Position numbers and translations under genes: made by a program. This document shows, piece after piece, positions 31,855 to 32,098 of a DNA stretch of 32,098 nt; the first letter of the stretch is position 1, and each line of letters starts with the position of its first letter. Origin of the DNA: a virus. The notes beneath the pieces were generated by a model. The model saw only the letters and a list, made by a program, of their open reading frames with translations, searched no databases and was not told where the DNA came from. The stretch is taken from positions 1-32,098 of IMG/VR virus record IMGVR_UViG_3300045988_100140. One strand, written 5' to 3'.

Positions 31855-32098
31855 CGCTGCAAGAGGTCAATTCCCTGTTAAAACAGACGAGAATGCCCGT
31901 GGCTTACGGTTATTTCAATAAGCCGCAAAAGTTACCGTACATTCTCTATCGTGTCTCCTATGCCAATAATTTTGGCGCTGACAACGTGGTGTATCAACCG
32001 ATCAACCACATACAGATCGAGCTATACACAAAAGATAAAGACCTAACAGCAGAGGGCAAAGTCGAACAGGCTTTGTCCTCTCTGTTTTGGCAAAAGTC
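31851..32098 (+). CDS. Putative tail terminator / tail completion protein; truncated by the window end and continuing at 3..113
   Basis: ATGA overlap with the previous gene. MTLQEVNSLLKQTRMPVAYGYFNKPQKLPYILYRVSY.... The total is 101 aa when joined across the 55-nt repeat. Confidence 0.65.
   Translation, partial: MTLQEVNSLLKQTRMPVAYGYFNKPQKLPYILYRVSYANNFGADNVVYQPINHIQIELYTKDKDLTAEGKVEQALSSLFWQK
32044..32098. repeat. Terminal direct repeat, right copy (identical to 1..55)
   Basis: Exact 55-nt match to the window start. It lies inside the coding frame of the gene starting at 31851. Confidence 0.95.

Larger units (their letters stand above)
1..32043. mobile_element. Complete temperate siphovirus-type phage/prophage genome (HK97-like head module), one unit length of a circular or circularly permuted contig
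   Basis: All expected modules are present: packaging, head, tail, lysis, integration, lysogeny, replication and a late regulator. The two ends share 55 identical nt, and one ORF is continuous across the junction. Confidence 0.9.

Overview
The window is one complete unit of a temperate siphovirus-type phage or prophage genome, about 32,043 bp. The first 55 nt are identical to the last 55 nt, and a gene reads straight across that junction, so the contig is circular or circularly permuted. Almost all genes are on the + strand. In window order they run: tail terminator (wraps the junction), major tail protein, chaperone pair with an A10 -1 frameshift site, tape measure, Dit, Tal-like protein, two tail-fibre proteins and two small fibre-module ORFs. 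Next come an XhlA-holin-amidase lysis cassette, an attP region (a tRNA 3' fragment, a terminator and AACTCAC arm repeats), and a minus-strand tyrosine integrase. The minus-strand lysogeny module holds a membrane-anchored protein, a membrane-tethered XRE regulator and a cI-like XRE repressor. It is followed by a genetic switch, a Cro-like gene, and an early/replication module: a Rad52/Sak-like annealase, SSB, a DUF6291-like replisome organiser with internal iteron-like repeats, and a frame-disrupted RusA-like gene carrying zinc ribbons. After that come Cys-rich small proteins, a RinA/ArpU-like late activator, tRNA-Thr(UGU), a self-contained antisense two-gene cassette, and then HNH endonuclease, TerS (P27), TerL, HK97-type portal, protease, major capsid and head-tail joining genes. 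GGAGG-type Shine-Dalgarno sites, XhlA and an Amidase_3 lysin suggest a Firmicutes/Clostridia host; this is inference. No rRNA, CRISPR array, reverse transcriptase or transposase was seen. The best candidates for something undescribed are three. First, the antisense cassette at 23627..24414, which has a perfect consensus promoter and a bidirectional terminator (RHH-domain protein plus an unrecognised 88-aa protein). Second, the lysogeny region, with a membrane-tethered XRE regulator, a membrane-anchored protein, several palindromic operators and apparently face-to-face switch promoters. Third, the RusA-like/zinc-ribbon chimera. All family assignments are made by eye from the translations, not from database searches.
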